DNA of 64,000 nucleotides from Paraspadella gotoi (GCA_051294375.1 CM119263.1:23648762-23712761), one strand, 5' to 3'; positions 12,777 to 27,601 are shown, counted from the first letter of the stretch. The notes: generated from the sequence alone by a model not told the origin. Made by a program: numbers and translations.

Positions 12777-14042
12777 CCCTCCCTCTCTCTCCCTCTCAAT
12801 AATTACGAATTTTAACAATGAAAATTAAAAATGCAAACTTTTTTCTCCCATCAGGTTCGCGCCTGCGCATTTTGCCTGCGCCTCCTCAAGCCTCCACCAT
12901 CACAATCAACGTCATCGAAGAGAAGGAAGAGGAAGAGGAGGAAGGGTTCCGGAGCGAGTCTGGCTCCGAGTCGGAACCGTCGGCGACACTGGGCAGCGAA
13001 TCCATCCCGATCGAGAAGGTGCTGACTATGCAGTACCTCGTCTCCGCCGTCCTCAAGTCGCTCTTCTCCACGGCGTGGCGTCTCAGCTTCGAAGAGTTCC
13101 ACGTGATCCTTCTGGCGCCGAATCACGAGACCGTCTCCGTCGGCGTCGACAGGATGACGTTGAGCAAGACTTTCACCAACTTCAAGCACGCGACGGCCGA
13201 TTCCAAGATTACCTATTTTTTGCAGGTCGGTTGAAGAATGTCTAATATCTATGTCTATGTCTATTAAATTGAGAGCAATGAAATAATGTTAGAACGGGGG
13301 AAAAAAAGGTAACAGAAAAAGACAAATAAGAAAAAAAAAAAGATGTGGAAATACATGAAGAAAGAAACGAGTAAGTTAACATTCCTCCCGTAGACGAACA
13401 AAGACATGACCCTGACCTTCGAAATCGTCTGCATTTGGAGCAACTTCGGCCATGCTCAAACCTGGGAACGCGGCCGAATTGATTACGCGTCGGACGTGAT
13501 CGGCCTGCCCTCCCTCCGCCTCTCCGCCCGGGTCGTCGAACAGCGCGTGGAGACGACAATCGAAATGCCGCGTCTCCAGCTAGGATGGTCGTCGCGGGTC
13601 ACGGCGCTCGTGGATCAGATCGTCCGCGGAATCGGCGAGGCCAAGGAGCAACTGAAAACCCTGTCGCCCGCGGCGCGGCGGGTGCAGCAAGAGTCCCGTC
13701 TCATCCAACAGATGCTGTTGTTCGGGACTCAAGCGATGCGGACGGAGCGATCGGAGCTGGCGCGGACTTTTCTCTACAACGCGTTCCGACTGACGGCGAC
13801 CCTGGAAGGGATCGACCTTCACTTCTCCAGCTCGAGGAATGTCGGTCTCCGGCTTCGCATCGACTCGGCGGTGGTGACCATCGCCACCTTGAAGAACGTC
13901 GGCGTCGTCATCTGCGGCGTCAAGTTGGCCAAGATGATGCCCGACGATTTGCAGTCCGTCTTCGACGAGCAGATGTCGTACGAGATCAACAACTTAGCGT
14001 TTTTTCAAATCGATGAGATTATCGAGGTCCGGGCCGACGGTG

Positions 14043-14121
<79 letters not shown>

Positions 14122-17100
14122 AAATCAATTAATTGACTGATTAATTAATTAATTATTGATCAATTAATTAAGTAATTTTTTTATGAATTAATACAGCTTG
14201 CATTTACATTTAATATAAAAAGAAAAAGAAGCATAATCAATTAGTGAAACAGATTTTTTTGTTTTCTTCATTTAAACTCATTTCCACTCGGACGATTCCA
14301 TTGAAACTTGAGTTCCAGCTTAATCATACACTTTCCACCCACATACAAGATTTCAAGTCAATCGCCCCATACAATCACGAGTAATTGGCGTTCAAAGACG
14401 GACAGACAGACGGATGGACGGACGGACATCAATTTGTTTGTATAATTTATCATAATTTGATGTTCTGACATGATTTAAGTGACTTACCGACAAGATTTGG
14501 GGGGGGGTGGACCGACGGACCGACAAAGTGAATTAAAGAGCCGGAATCTGCTGTAAGCAGATCCGGCTAAAAACTAAATCATACATATTTTATCTTTTCA
14601 GATTTCCCCAGTCAAAAAGTGATCCAAATTTCTGCTTCCACCTACGTGGGAATTCACTGGAGCTTTTGGCTTTTCATGACCATCTACACCTTTATGGAGG
14701 ACATCCATGTTCTCAAGGAGCTCGTGGCGACGACGCTGCTCCCGCCAAAGCCACCCAGCCGCTTCAAGGAGGAGAGGACACTCGTAGCAGACGGTCAATA
14801 TCACGGATCGAGAACACTTCCGACCATTAAAGCCAAGATTTCCACGGTGAATGGTCTACGGCCTACCCTATTTTTTTTTTTTATCTGTTCATGAACGCAA
14901 TAAAAAAATTTTGTAAAATAACTCTAAGATGAATCATAAATAAGTTATCAAACTAAATTTAACTCTCAGCTGAAAGTGAGCGGCGCGCTCCTCACCCACT
15001 TCGTGGTCGCCATTCGAGGCGAGGACGTCTTTGTCGGCGGTCAACTCCCCTTCGTCGACATCAAAATCGGCTACGCCTACGGAATCATCGAGGGTCGCGA
15101 ACTAATCGAGGTCGACAACTTCAACTTCGCCTTCAAGGAGATGGACAAGTTCATCGCGGGCCAGCGGAAGGTAAGTTTGCGCGAGGGAGAATCTTTTTTT
15201 TGGAAAAAAAAATTAAAAATATTCTTTTTTGACTTAATCTGAAACGACAATATAATTCAAGTCAAGTCAAGTCAGCAAAACATTGCAGAAATAAAATGAC
15301 ATCCCCGGCAAAGATGGAGGCACGCTGTTTTTTTTTTGTTTTTTTTTGTTTTTTTGTTTTTTTCAAAATCCGAACCCCTTTATAAACCTCGTAACATTCT
15401 AGGTCTTTCCCGACATCATCCTCGAGACGAACAAGTGTCTCGTCATGCTCGTTGATCACGTCGGCGCCACCATTCCTTACGACGTCGACATCTGGTCGAT
15501 CAAAGAAGGCATCCTCCTTACCCGTAACTTCCTGCGCACGGTCCGTCGAGTCCCGCGCTTCAACTACTATATATCGCCCTCGAGCATCATGCCGGACATC
15601 CGGCTGAAGGTGGCGCGGGTGACGATCGTCATGGAGGCGGATCCCTTCGAGGCCGCCGTCCTCCGCAACATCGAGCTCATGAAGGATGAGAGGAACGAGA
15701 CGATCAAGAGGAACAAGATATGCTCCGAGATGGTCAAGGCCACGCACAAGAAGCAAGGCGCGAAACTTAGAAACTTTAGGAACTCTTTCTTTCTCTTTGT
15801 CCTTCTCTTTTTCTTTCTTTCTTTTGTTCATTCTTTCTTCTTTTTTTTTATTTTGGTCATTTTTTTCTTTCTTTCTTTCTTTGCCTTTGTGGCATTTTTT
15901 TATCTTATATTTAAACTCGGGGATAGGGTGGAACTAAATGACCAAAATCGAAACAAAGAAACAAATTAAAAAACACGTCGAAATAAAAATAGCTCGCAAC
16001 TCACAGGAATTTATGAGTGGCGCAACAGCGATCAAGACAAGGCTCACATAGACGAAGTTTACGCGCGTCTTCGTGAAATGAACGCCAATATCTACGTATC
16101 GCGAGTCAATCGGTTGAGAAGTGTCGACGAATTTAAGATGCAGGTTAAACCAAAATATTCTCTCTTTTTCGTCCCGCGAAATCTATTGTTCTTTTTTTTT
16201 TTTTTTTCTAGCTCAAACTTTACGCCCAAGGGGTCGACGTTTGCATCATGGGGGATATTTCGCTGGCTGGAACCGCCGGAATGGATGCCATTCGCCGCAT
16301 GGACCACGCTTGCCCTTATCCGGAAAAGATGGACCTTAAATTGATGAGAGGATGTTACGTGGTTTTCACTCTGGACAATGCGCAAGTTCAGCCTTGCAAC
16401 CATCCCAAACCGCTGATAGAGGTTTGTGAGTTAGGACAGTTATTAAGTAAACATTCTACTTTAAAAAAAATTATTATAGGTAATCAATAGTAAATCATCA
16501 TTTTATAATCAATTTTATCCAGCAGAGACTAATTATAAACTAACTAAACAAATAAATGAGTAAATTGAAGTCCCATACAATACGATTCCATCAAAACTAC
16601 GTTTTTGAAGAAAACAAATTTGAAAAGATCAATAACTTCATGATTAAATCATTGATTTTGTATACTTTACTGTCGCTCGCGTTTACTGTGCTATTGCTAA
16701 TTGTGTACTCCGTTGACGTCCTTGCTGTTGTCTTTCTCTCCGCTTTGAATAAAATTGAGAAGATCGATCCGAGTGATCAAACCCAAAATCTTCTTTTGTT
16801 TTGCCTTCGATCCGTTGAGAGTCATCGTCTCGCCAACGACCACGAACCGCTCCGAATCTAAAAGGTGCGCTAATTGACCCAAGGTCGTCTCCAGCCCGAC
16901 CTGCTTAAATCTTCCGGAAGCGAGCTTGGAGACCGGATCCTCTGCGGAGGCGGTCCCGTTGAGGGTGCCCCGCAAAAGGTTGTCGACCGTGACGACGCCG
17001 ACGACGACGCCCTCCTTGTCGGCGACGGGGATTTGATCCAAGCCTCCGCGATGCATGATTTCCATCGCCTCTCGACAGCTCGTCCGCGGTTCCACGGTCG

Positions 17101-20100
17101 CCGGAACGCTCGGTTGCAAAGCGGAGATGTTCCGGTTCCACCACCAACCTTTGGCCGGGTCTCCTGGAAGCTCCGATTCAAGAAAGCTCCTTTCTTGCAT
17201 CCATTCGTCCGAGACGAACTTAGACAAATAATTGCGAATGGAATCGGACAAAATCACGACGCACCTCTGCCCTTCCTTCAACCCTTTTGCGGCGGCGATG
17301 GCGCCGGCCATTGCGCTGCCGCTGGAGCCGCCGCAGAGCAGGCCTTCCGAGCGGATTAGACGCCGCGCCATGAGGAAGGACTCTTTGTCGCTGACCTTGA
17401 CCCAGCGATCGATGACCGAGGCGGCGCCGCTCAGCATCGTCGGCACGAACATGGAGCCGATCCCTTCGACCTCCCAGCGGCGGGCGCCGGCCTCAGGCGC
17501 TGAGTCGGGACTCAAAGGCGAATCGTTCGGGTCCACGCCCACCACCTCGACGCCGGGACACTTTTCCTTAAGCTTCCTGCCGACGCCCGTGACGGTGCCG
17601 CCGGTGCCGACGCCGGCGACGAGCATATCGACGCGCCCGTCGAGGGCGGTCAGGATTTCCTCGGCAGTGGCGTCGTAGTGCGACAACGGGTTGTACGGAT
17701 TCGAGTACTGATCGAGGAAAACGGCTCCGGGGATTTCGTCTCGGAGTCGAGCGGCAACGCCGAAGACCGAATCGGGAGAGTGGAAGGTGGCGTCCTTCGG
17801 CGTGCGGACGATCTCGGCACCCAGGGCGCGCAGGACGTCGACTTTGTCGCCAGACATGTTGTCGGGCATCACGAAGACGCATCTGAGGGAGTAGGAAAGG
17901 ATTTTGGGGTTAGGTATGTAGGTGGAAAGAGGAGGAGAGAAAAATAATACTATTCTGGGGCACGCAAGCTTCAACTGTAAAGAAACTAATTTTAGAAAAG
18001 AAAAAATATATAATATTGAGCGAAAAAAGCTGGAGAATTGTCACAAATTATTGCATTTGATAGAGGCCTAAGCTACTCTCTTATTCTTCTTAACGATATA
18101 TAAAAAATATCGAACCAAAAATTGATTGGTTGTTGATTGATTCAATCAGTTGTTGATTCTCTGAAATAACTTTTTTTTTCAACTTGGTGGAATCGAATCA
18201 ATCTAATTATTCAAAAAAATCCAATCAATCAAATCAGTCATTTGAACAAGTTTGAGAAAACAATGTTGGATCTGCCCACGATCATTATCGGTAATTAATA
18301 AATTAATAATTAATTAATTCAAGTTAATTATTATTTAATTAATTAATAATTAATTTATTTATATATATTTATTTATTTAGTGTTTGTTTTGATTGATTAA
18401 TTAATTAATTAATAAATTAATTACCGATAATGTTCGTGGGCAGATTCGACATTGTTTGCTCAAACTTGTTCAAATGACTGATTTGATTGATTTGATTTTT
18501 TTGAATAATTAGATTGATTAATTAATTAATAATTCATTAATTAATTTATTTAATTAATTAACTGATTAATTATTTGATTAATTAATACATCTTATATTTA
18601 CATTTAAAGTAAAAAGAAAAAGAAGCATAATCAATTAGTGAAAAAAGATTCTTTGTTTTTTCCATTTAAACTCATTTCCACTCAAGACGATTCCATCGAA
18701 ACTTGATTTCCAGTTTAATCACGCACTTTTCCTACAAATACAAAATTTCAAGTCAATCGCCCCATCCACTCATGAGTAATTGGTGTTCAAATAGTGAAAT
18801 TTTTTTTCCATTTAAACTCATTTCCACTCGGACGATTCCATCGAAACTTCATATCCAGCTTAATCACACACTTCCCTACCCACACACAAAATTTCATTCT
18901 AATCCATCCATCCAATCACGAGTAATTGATGTTTTTGTGCTAAGGTGGGACGGACGGACGGACATCGTTTTTTTTTTTTTTTTTTTTTTGCATAATTTAT
19001 CATAATTCGATGTTCTGACATGATATAAGTGAATGCGACAAGATTGAGGGGGCGGACCGACGGACCGACAAAGTGAATTATAGAGTCGGGATCTGCTGAT
19101 AAGCAGATCCGACTAAAAATAGCTCTCATTTATCTACGTACCACTAACCCGTCATTCTTGGTCACACCTGTAACCCTTGACGGCGCTGGCGATAGCTATC
19201 CCGATCCCTGTATTTCCCGACGTCGGTTCGATGATGGTGGCGCCAGGTTTGAGTTGACCGCGCCGCTCCGCTTCTTCCACCATCCGACGCGCCACTCGAT
19301 CCTTGACGCTTCCCCCGGCGTTGAAGAATTCGCACTTGGCGTAGACTTCGCAGCGGAGGCCTTCCTCAGCGACGAGATGGTTGACGCGGATTAGGGGCGT
19401 GTCCCCGATCCAGTGAAGGACGTTGGGCAAGACGCTGCTCTTCCTCGCCGACGTCGACGCCGGGACCTCGTGCTGGTGGGGATCCGGCTCCGTCGATCCG
19501 CCCGCTGTCCAACGACACTTGGACGGGAGATCGGGCAGGCGCCATTCGCGCTCCTCGCGGGAGACGAGATGGGGACGCGTAGAAGAGGACATTGGCGAAC
19601 TTGGCGGAGGCGGAAGCGACCGGCGGGATGAGAGAAATAATTTAAAAACATGGCTTAGTTTTAAAAAGTTCCGTGTCTCCATTATGCTTTTCATTTTAAT
19701 GTTTACGTTTATTTGAGATTGTCTTTTTTTATATTTCACATCGTTGTCTACCGAAAAAAAAACTTAAAACTAATAAATATTTTCATAATTTCAATTAAGA
19801 TATTTTTAATACTATTTTTTGTTTTTCAAATTAGTAAAAAATGGAATGGTGCAACATCAATGATCAATTAGTGTTGTTATCGGTTTCATCGCATGCGATC
19901 TTTCAACTCGAAAATGTGTTAAAGAAAAGAAACATTTTTAACTGACGCCAAGTGGGCTTGGACAAGAAAAGACATGAAAACCTGCTTTTTTTAAACCAAC
20001 GCGAAAATTTGTCTTATTGTCATTGTCAGAATAATAAAGTCATGAACAGTATAATTTATTATAAATAATTAATAATGAAAAAACTACAAGGAGTCCTGGA

Positions 20101-23100
20101 TGTTTTCAAAACATTTATTCGTTTTTATGCGCGCGCATTGACCATTGTATTCCATACGATAAAAGCCATACTTATTAATATTTTTGGCATGATTTTAAGC
20201 TTTTCATCACTAGTCAAATTAAACCTATTCAATTTTTTTTCAGGTAAGTAAAACAAAATTTTAGGAAGATTATAACGAATATGCATAAATTTTCAAATAT
20301 TTTATGTATTTCTTACCTTTTTGACGCTTTTATTATGATTTACGAAATCTGACATAATTTATTTAATTATCTAACTATATCGTTAATAAATTTCTTGATA
20401 AAAGTAAGTTTTAATAAAAATTAAAATATAATAGTAACTTACCCAAATCATACCTGCTTACTTTAAAAAATTTTTTACCAAAATACCATGTACACATTGC
20501 CAGAACCATTATTAAACTACAAATAAGTACTTCCAAAAATATTTTTAACTGTTATGTATTAGAAGAAGATTAAACAATAACTATTCAAACATTTGTCTTC
20601 CAAACCGCGCGGAGAAACCTTTGCCTTTGCTGCATCAAAAAAAGCATAATATCAAGAATTTCAAACAAATAAATTTAAAAATTATTAAGAGCTATAGAGT
20701 AATAATTCTTAAAATTGTGTCTCGATATAGGGTCCCACACCTGTAGACTAGAGTTAAGTTTAGTCGCTATCATTTGTAATATTTTTTTAAGATAAAAATT
20801 TGGTTCTTAGCATACCACTATAATTTTTACCTTTTTGCAGATGAATATATTTTCTTAATTTCGTCGCAGCCTATAGTTTTACAATTGATTAAAAATAAAC
20901 CGCAGAAAAAAAAACTTTTCAAGACAAAGTCAAGGCGGTTTTTCGATAAAATGTGGTTTTATAATTAAAATTAATTCAATTATTACGTCAATTCTCTCTC
21001 GATACTGAACGGGTTCGCGACATTTTATTAGCGACTTATTTCATGTTTTATCTGGGGTTTTAATTCTTTTTTCGATATTTTGGTAGGTGAAAGTAGGTGA
21101 AAAATATGAAAAACTATTTATAATCATCATCATCATCATTTTTCGATAATTTTATTACTTTTTCTTAATTTTGACCAAGAAAACATAAATATTTTTGAAA
21201 GTTGTAGTTAAATTTTTTATTTAACTTTTTATGCTCTATCAGAATCCATCAAAAAAAGTTAAGATTGATTAAAAATTTTTTTATCATTATATAGTAATAT
21301 TGTAATTTTAATAGCAACAATAAAAGCATTAAAATCGAACTTTTTTAAAAAATTCTTTTTTTACCTAAAAGTAGACTTCAAGACAAAAGTTTTGAACCCC
21401 CGCCCCTATTGAATTTAATTTCATAGTAGATTTCTATTTATGGAGAATACGTAGCTGATTTTCAAAAATTACGAAAAGATTGAGAAGAACATAGAACATG
21501 GTTATTTATTTACATGTTTGTAACATCTGCATATAAATTCGGTCTAAAAATTTATTTAATCTTTCTGCAATTTTGTAACTATTTTTGGTTTATAATTTTT
21601 AAAGTGTAATGAGATTTCGTTGTTACAATATATTGTATTCAAGACAAGATCAATATTATATTATTGACAATAAATCAACGTTCCGACAGCAGGGTCGGAA
21701 GCCCCCAAAGCCAACAGTGAGATGCTCCAACCCAATGGGCATTACAGGCAACCCGGCTGTTGCTATACTGTTTTCAATTTTTATGGCTAGTATAGGTTAG
21801 CTTTCCTGTCATTACGGAAGCAGCGGATTTGCCTGTAATGCTCATTGGCTTTGGGGGCTTCCGATTCTCAGTGACACCTCTAGTCACTGACGCGGTTACC
21901 CCAGGACGGAATGCAACGCCTGGGATGGTGTGTTTCCTGTCTGAGCCAATGGGATTGGCTGTACGATGATGGACGTGAGGCGGTGTGAATATACTGCCAC
22001 ACCATATACATTATAGTACATACAGTGGTCACTCACATGTCAATATGCTTGCATATCAAAAAAAAATTTGAAACGAAATTTATTTCATCGTTCGACCCAA
22101 AGGAACCAAAAAAATAGCTAAAATCGATACAAAAGTTTAAAATTAAACACTGAGGCACAACCGTTGTAGGTAGGCTTTTATATTTGTAATACAACTGGTT
22201 TATTTTTTCAAACCGGTTTCAATTCCCAATCCGTATTATCCGAGATATGAAAGAAGCAAAATGGTGATTTAAGGTGATTTCGAGGATTAGCATCGTGGGG
22301 GGCATTGAAAATCTCATTATCCGGTTTTAGTAACATAATTTAAAGAAGCAAGACTGAGGAAAATTATGTTAAGTCTATCCAGTATACTGCAAAGTATATG
22401 TTAGTTTTTTAAGGCCAAAACTGTTTAACTGCACTAAATACAGCGGATTTTAAAAAAAATCGTTTTAAACAAACCTCCCCTCCATGCCCGATCACAAAAG
22501 GTGAGCGACTTCGCCCTCTACACTCCGTCGGTGGTGTTCTCCAAGTGGCCAGAGCCACAACAGATCCGTCAAACGAGCGTGGTCGTCGGCGAGCCCTTCG
22601 ACGACGTCGTCTGTCTCCGGAACATGACTCCGTCCAAGTTCTGCAGCGACATCAACATCAAGGTGGCGAAGGTGGTGTTCCGCGTGGGAAACAGCTTCGC
22701 CAGCGTCATCAGCGTTTTCCTGCATCTTATGAGCAACATATCGCTCAAGATCCCGCAGGACGGGATCCCGCTGCCCGGCTGGGACAAAGTACGGGCAATG
22801 CTGCTGGTAGGAGATCCTGGAAATCCGGATTAATCGACGGGAGGCTTTTTCGAACTTGATTGTTTTCGAGAAAAGAATGAGGGAAAGGAAATAAGGTGTG
22901 AGGAAAATTAAGAATCGAAAATAGAGACTAAGAGAGTTCGAAAGAAAGAAAGGAAGAAAGAAGAAATAAATAAAGAACTAGGAAACGTAAAAACTTGACC
23001 GATCAAGCAAATTCCAGGGGCCGGTAACTATCCATCTTGATCACGTGACCATCGAACTCTTGGCGTCGTTGAATCCTTTCGAATTCATGGAAAAGTTGGA

Positions 23101-23931
23101 GATTGTGCTGTCGTCGCACGTGGAGGGCGGTCAAAGGTGGGCGGCGCCCGTCATCCTACAGATCAAAGACTCGTCATTCAGCAAAGACTACATCTTCCAG
23201 GCAAGTCGTTATCTTTTGTTTTCATTTGTCCATGAAAACCCATAAAACTACACCGGGAGCCAAATTGATTTATACGAAGTAAAAATTAATAATACATTAC
23301 CTACCAAACATTAAAAAAATATTTAATACCATTTGATAGAAAATCAATGACGTTTTTGAAATGCCCAAAGTATTGATTAAAATGGGTTTGAAACATGATT
23401 GGGACAAACTCGTCATCATTAGAAAAAATTATCCCTCATCAAGCAAAAGATGTGTTTTTAAAGATGATTCTGTTTCTTAACAGTCAAAGTTTTTATACAA
23501 CAAATAAGTTTGATTTCTTTTGCAAAATTTCTTTAGTGACAGCTGCTTTTCATACTTTCTCAGGTTTCACTTGCCATATTATGATCAGCGCACACAGATC
23601 TGCATCTTCACAACAATCATTTTAGACCTAATTTTGTGTCGGCATAAATACGCCAGTGACATGGGGTGGTCACTGCAGGTCAAAAACCCTGAGCGCCAGC
23701 TGTCGGGAGATGCCTCACACCCCGGGCATCACACTTATCTCCCCATTGCCATACGGGACGAGTTTCAGATCGAGAATGATTTATTCTCCAACTGAAAATA
23801 CAAAAATCAACAAGTGAAACAATGCTAAGTCTAAAACAGTAATTAAGAGAGAACGGTTGAGGAACGCCGGTAGAGAGTCACTGATTATCGTTGGTGACCG
23901 TGGGTACCGGTCGGCGATTTTTGAGAGAGAG

Positions 23932-24008
<77 letters not shown>

Positions 24009-27000
24009 TTGTGTGAGTTCGACCAGAGTTCTTGATCTGATGTGGTCACATGTTGTTGCTGACACAAGGCAATCATTCTTTTTGGGTTATTCCCGATTCA
24101 TCTAAAATTTTTACTTCACTACTCTTCACAACATCACTTAATTTTTTATTACCTTTCATCTCACTTAACTTCCTCCCTTCACTTAAATTCTTCACATCAC
24201 TCCCCATTTTTACTTGACTTTCTCACTTTCCCTGCAAGGGCGACGTCCGCGTCTTTCTCCGCTCTGCCCACAAATTCGACAACACCTGCATCCTTCGTAT
24301 CCCTCGCCTCCGCCTCTTCGCCCGCGTCGCCTGGTACTGCGGCGTCGACCTGAAGGGGAACCCCATGGATCACTACACCATGGGCGCCACGGCGGTGGGA
24401 AAAGCGCCGCCCGGCGTCGATCTCGAGACGTACGACGCCTTCGCCAATTTTAGGTGACGGTCGAGTCTCTCGACGGTTTACGGAGAATTAGATGTAATTA
24501 CATCCGGGTTTTTTTTTTTTGTTTTCGTTTCAGAGGTCGAAGATTGAGTTTGACAGTCAACGTGGAAACCTTGGTGCCAAAGGATTTGCAAAAGTTGAAG
24601 GAAGAAGGTCAGAAAGGAGATGTGGGGGTCGGTTGTTGTGAACCAACGAGTGGCTTTATGTTTTTACGTTACTTTTGAGTGATGACTGCCTCTATAGAAA
24701 AAAATTGAAATCCAACGCCAACTGATAAAGTAAAAATTGGGAGATAGAGAGAGACAAACAGACAGACAGACAAACCATCCCACTTTAATTCCCCAGCCAA
24801 TCGCCCTTCGTTCGACATGGACATGGACCCTCTCTTCGATGCCCCTTCCTGCTTCCTCTGCGCCAACATGATTCCCTACCTTAAGAAGGTCATCCTGGCG
24901 CTGACGCGGAAGGCGCTGCCTGTGCGGCGCGGCTCTATATTCGGCACCGAGAAAAAGCAGAAGAAAACGATCCGCGATCTCGGGATGGGCGCCATTCAGA
25001 AGCTCATTAATGTCAGCGCTAGGATGTTTAGGGTTGACGCGGTGAGAAAAAGCATGATTACGATAGTATAGAATGATAGATAAAAATAAATAAACAAATA
25101 ATTAAATGGATAAATAGATAGAAAATAAATAATACATAAATAAATAAATAATAGATGAATAAATAAATAAATGAAAATAAATGCTAGATGAATAAAAAAA
25201 TAAATAAAAATAAATAATCGCTAAATAAATAATAAATGAAAAAAAATAATAGATAAATTAATTAATAAATAAATATAAATAATTAATAAATAAATAAATA
25301 AATGGGAGCAATACAAAATTAAAAAAAAATAAGAATAAATATAAAATAATTAGTAGGTTTACTAGTTGCTTTTTTTTCTCCCAATAGAGTTTCTGGGACA
25401 CTCATAATCAAATAAACGGAGTTCACATGAAAGCCCGAAGCATCCGCGGCCGCCTCTTGAGTTGGCAAGAACCTGCGATTATTCTTAAGAGAGGGAAGAT
25501 GCACCACAGCTTCGGGGTCAAGAAGACTCACCTCTACAACAGGATTTTGGTGCAGGACGTGATCATGTGGGCCGTCGCTTCCGCGCAAAAGCCAAAGGGC
25601 ACCTCGGTGGTCTCCAGGTTTGTCGTCGCCGGCGGTTTTAGCTCGGGATTATTTTGTCTTGAGATGAGTGACAATCCGACCCTGACGCAGAACGAGTGGG
25701 AAACCCTTTAATTCGACTTTAATCCTTCACATCGCCATGGATAATTTTTTAATCAAGAAATTTCAGTTTGCCACTTTACTTTTCAAGATGAGTCTACCGC
25801 TTCACCCTTTGCACAACGTTTGTGAATTGTGATCATTTTATTTTAACAAAATTAGCGAATCAACGGCGGACGATCATTTCCTTTGTCAATGACCAGTCGC
25901 ACGATGATCGCCGCGGACTCGGAGACGAAGCGGATTGTGATGCTCCACCGCTTTGACGTTCGTCGAGTGGAGCGACACCCCGACATCCAGTGGAGCGATT
26001 TGATGGAGGTGGACGACATCGAGGAGATTCGCGAGGAAGTCGAAGCCATAGATGACGAGATCACTCCAGGGGTAATTTTTCTTAAAAGGATACCCCTGGC
26101 GGGACTCGAACCCGCAGTCTTTGAATTAGAAGTCCAACGCCTTATCCGTTAGGCCACAGGGGCTGATAGTGTTATAATGTATTAATCTATTTTTTTTTTA
26201 ATTAAGAAATGAGTATCTACAGGGTCGGGATTAAAAACTAAGAAAATCCGTATCACTTCATCCTTTTTTTATTTTGTGACTCATCGGATACGTTAAAATG
26301 AAAAATTTGAATTGAATAGAATTGAATTGAACGAGATCTCGTTCCAGGTATTTATACAATAAGACTGCTGCAAAAACCACTCCTGCCCCAGCACTCAAGA
26401 GAATCACAGCTTCTCTTCATAAACGCTTCTGAAAGATTGAGCCCCAGCTCAGAGACGGTTTACCCGAGTCCATCAAAATTTTGTTTAAAAGTAATATTTA
26501 AAACGCACTGTTAAGCCTTAAGGGGAATTAGATGTGGATATTATAACGCCCGAATATTCTTTTGTCAAAAATCAAAATATTGCTGCTGCTGAAATCTCCA
26601 TTTTTCTCTGCTGCATACAACAATGCCCTTTGTTACAGCCATGCATAATAACCTCATCCATTTCAAGAACACTATAGTAGAATATAGCAAGGTTTTTTTT
26701 CCCAGTAGCTAAAATATAAGAAAGTAATTTTTTGTCTGATGCTGCAGTGGATTGCGTAATGCTATTAACATGATATTTTATACAAAGTCCCAAATACATT
26801 AGTTATTGATTTTATAAGCTTAACCAGAATGGCCGCTACAGTATGAACTTGAGAAAAAATATTTTTAACTGTATCTTAAAATTTCTTTTAATAATGAAGA
26901 ATAAAAATCACTTCTCAAACTGCAGCAGCTTAATGGCCATAGGGGAGACTAAATTTTTATTTTAGCATAGCAACCAGCACGCTTGTGGTTTGTTAGGGTA

Positions 27001-27601
27001 TATATGGTTCTATTCGACTCGGCTTAAGTGCACAGTTTTTCGATCTTGAATATTAGTTATCTCTATTTTTAATAGCCTTTTTAATAATATAACATACTGA
27101 TAGGGAACGTTAACATATTTTAGTAGTGTTTTTAAGCTGAAAAGTAAATTTAACAAATGTTGAATTTGCACCGCATTGTACGTGTATGAAAAAAATAAAA
27201 CCTATCATTTAAGTAAGTAGACAGGGATTTTTCCCCGAGTCGCTGATCCGATTTCGACTTTGGAGTTCTGATTCCTTCTGCGATGCTATAACAAGAAAAA
27301 AAATATCAGTGCTTATTTTGTTATATTATATTATAATAAAATAATAATCACTATAACTTGCCATGGGAATCTAATGATAAGTTCTATTCTAAATTTTGAA
27401 TCCTAACGTAAGAAAAGGGAAAGTACCCTTGGCGGGACTCGAACCCGCAATCTTTGAATTAGAAGTCCAACGCCTTATCCATTAGGCCACAAGGGCTAAT
27501 GGATTTTATTAACATTAAATAGTCAAAAATGGTATTTTAAGAAAGAAAAGGTTGAAAATAAAACAACAATGGGATAGGACAAGCTGATAAAATACGTATA
27601 A

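Noticed and set aside
16870-17947. Overlapping antisense and alternate-frame ORFs on CBS (likewise on BLTP2 and GTPBP2 exons)
   Set aside because: Expected shadow ORFs of GC3-rich coding sequence.
26572-26799. 75-aa minus-strand ORF, possible LINE remnant
   Set aside because: Too short and no diagnostic RT or endonuclease motif.
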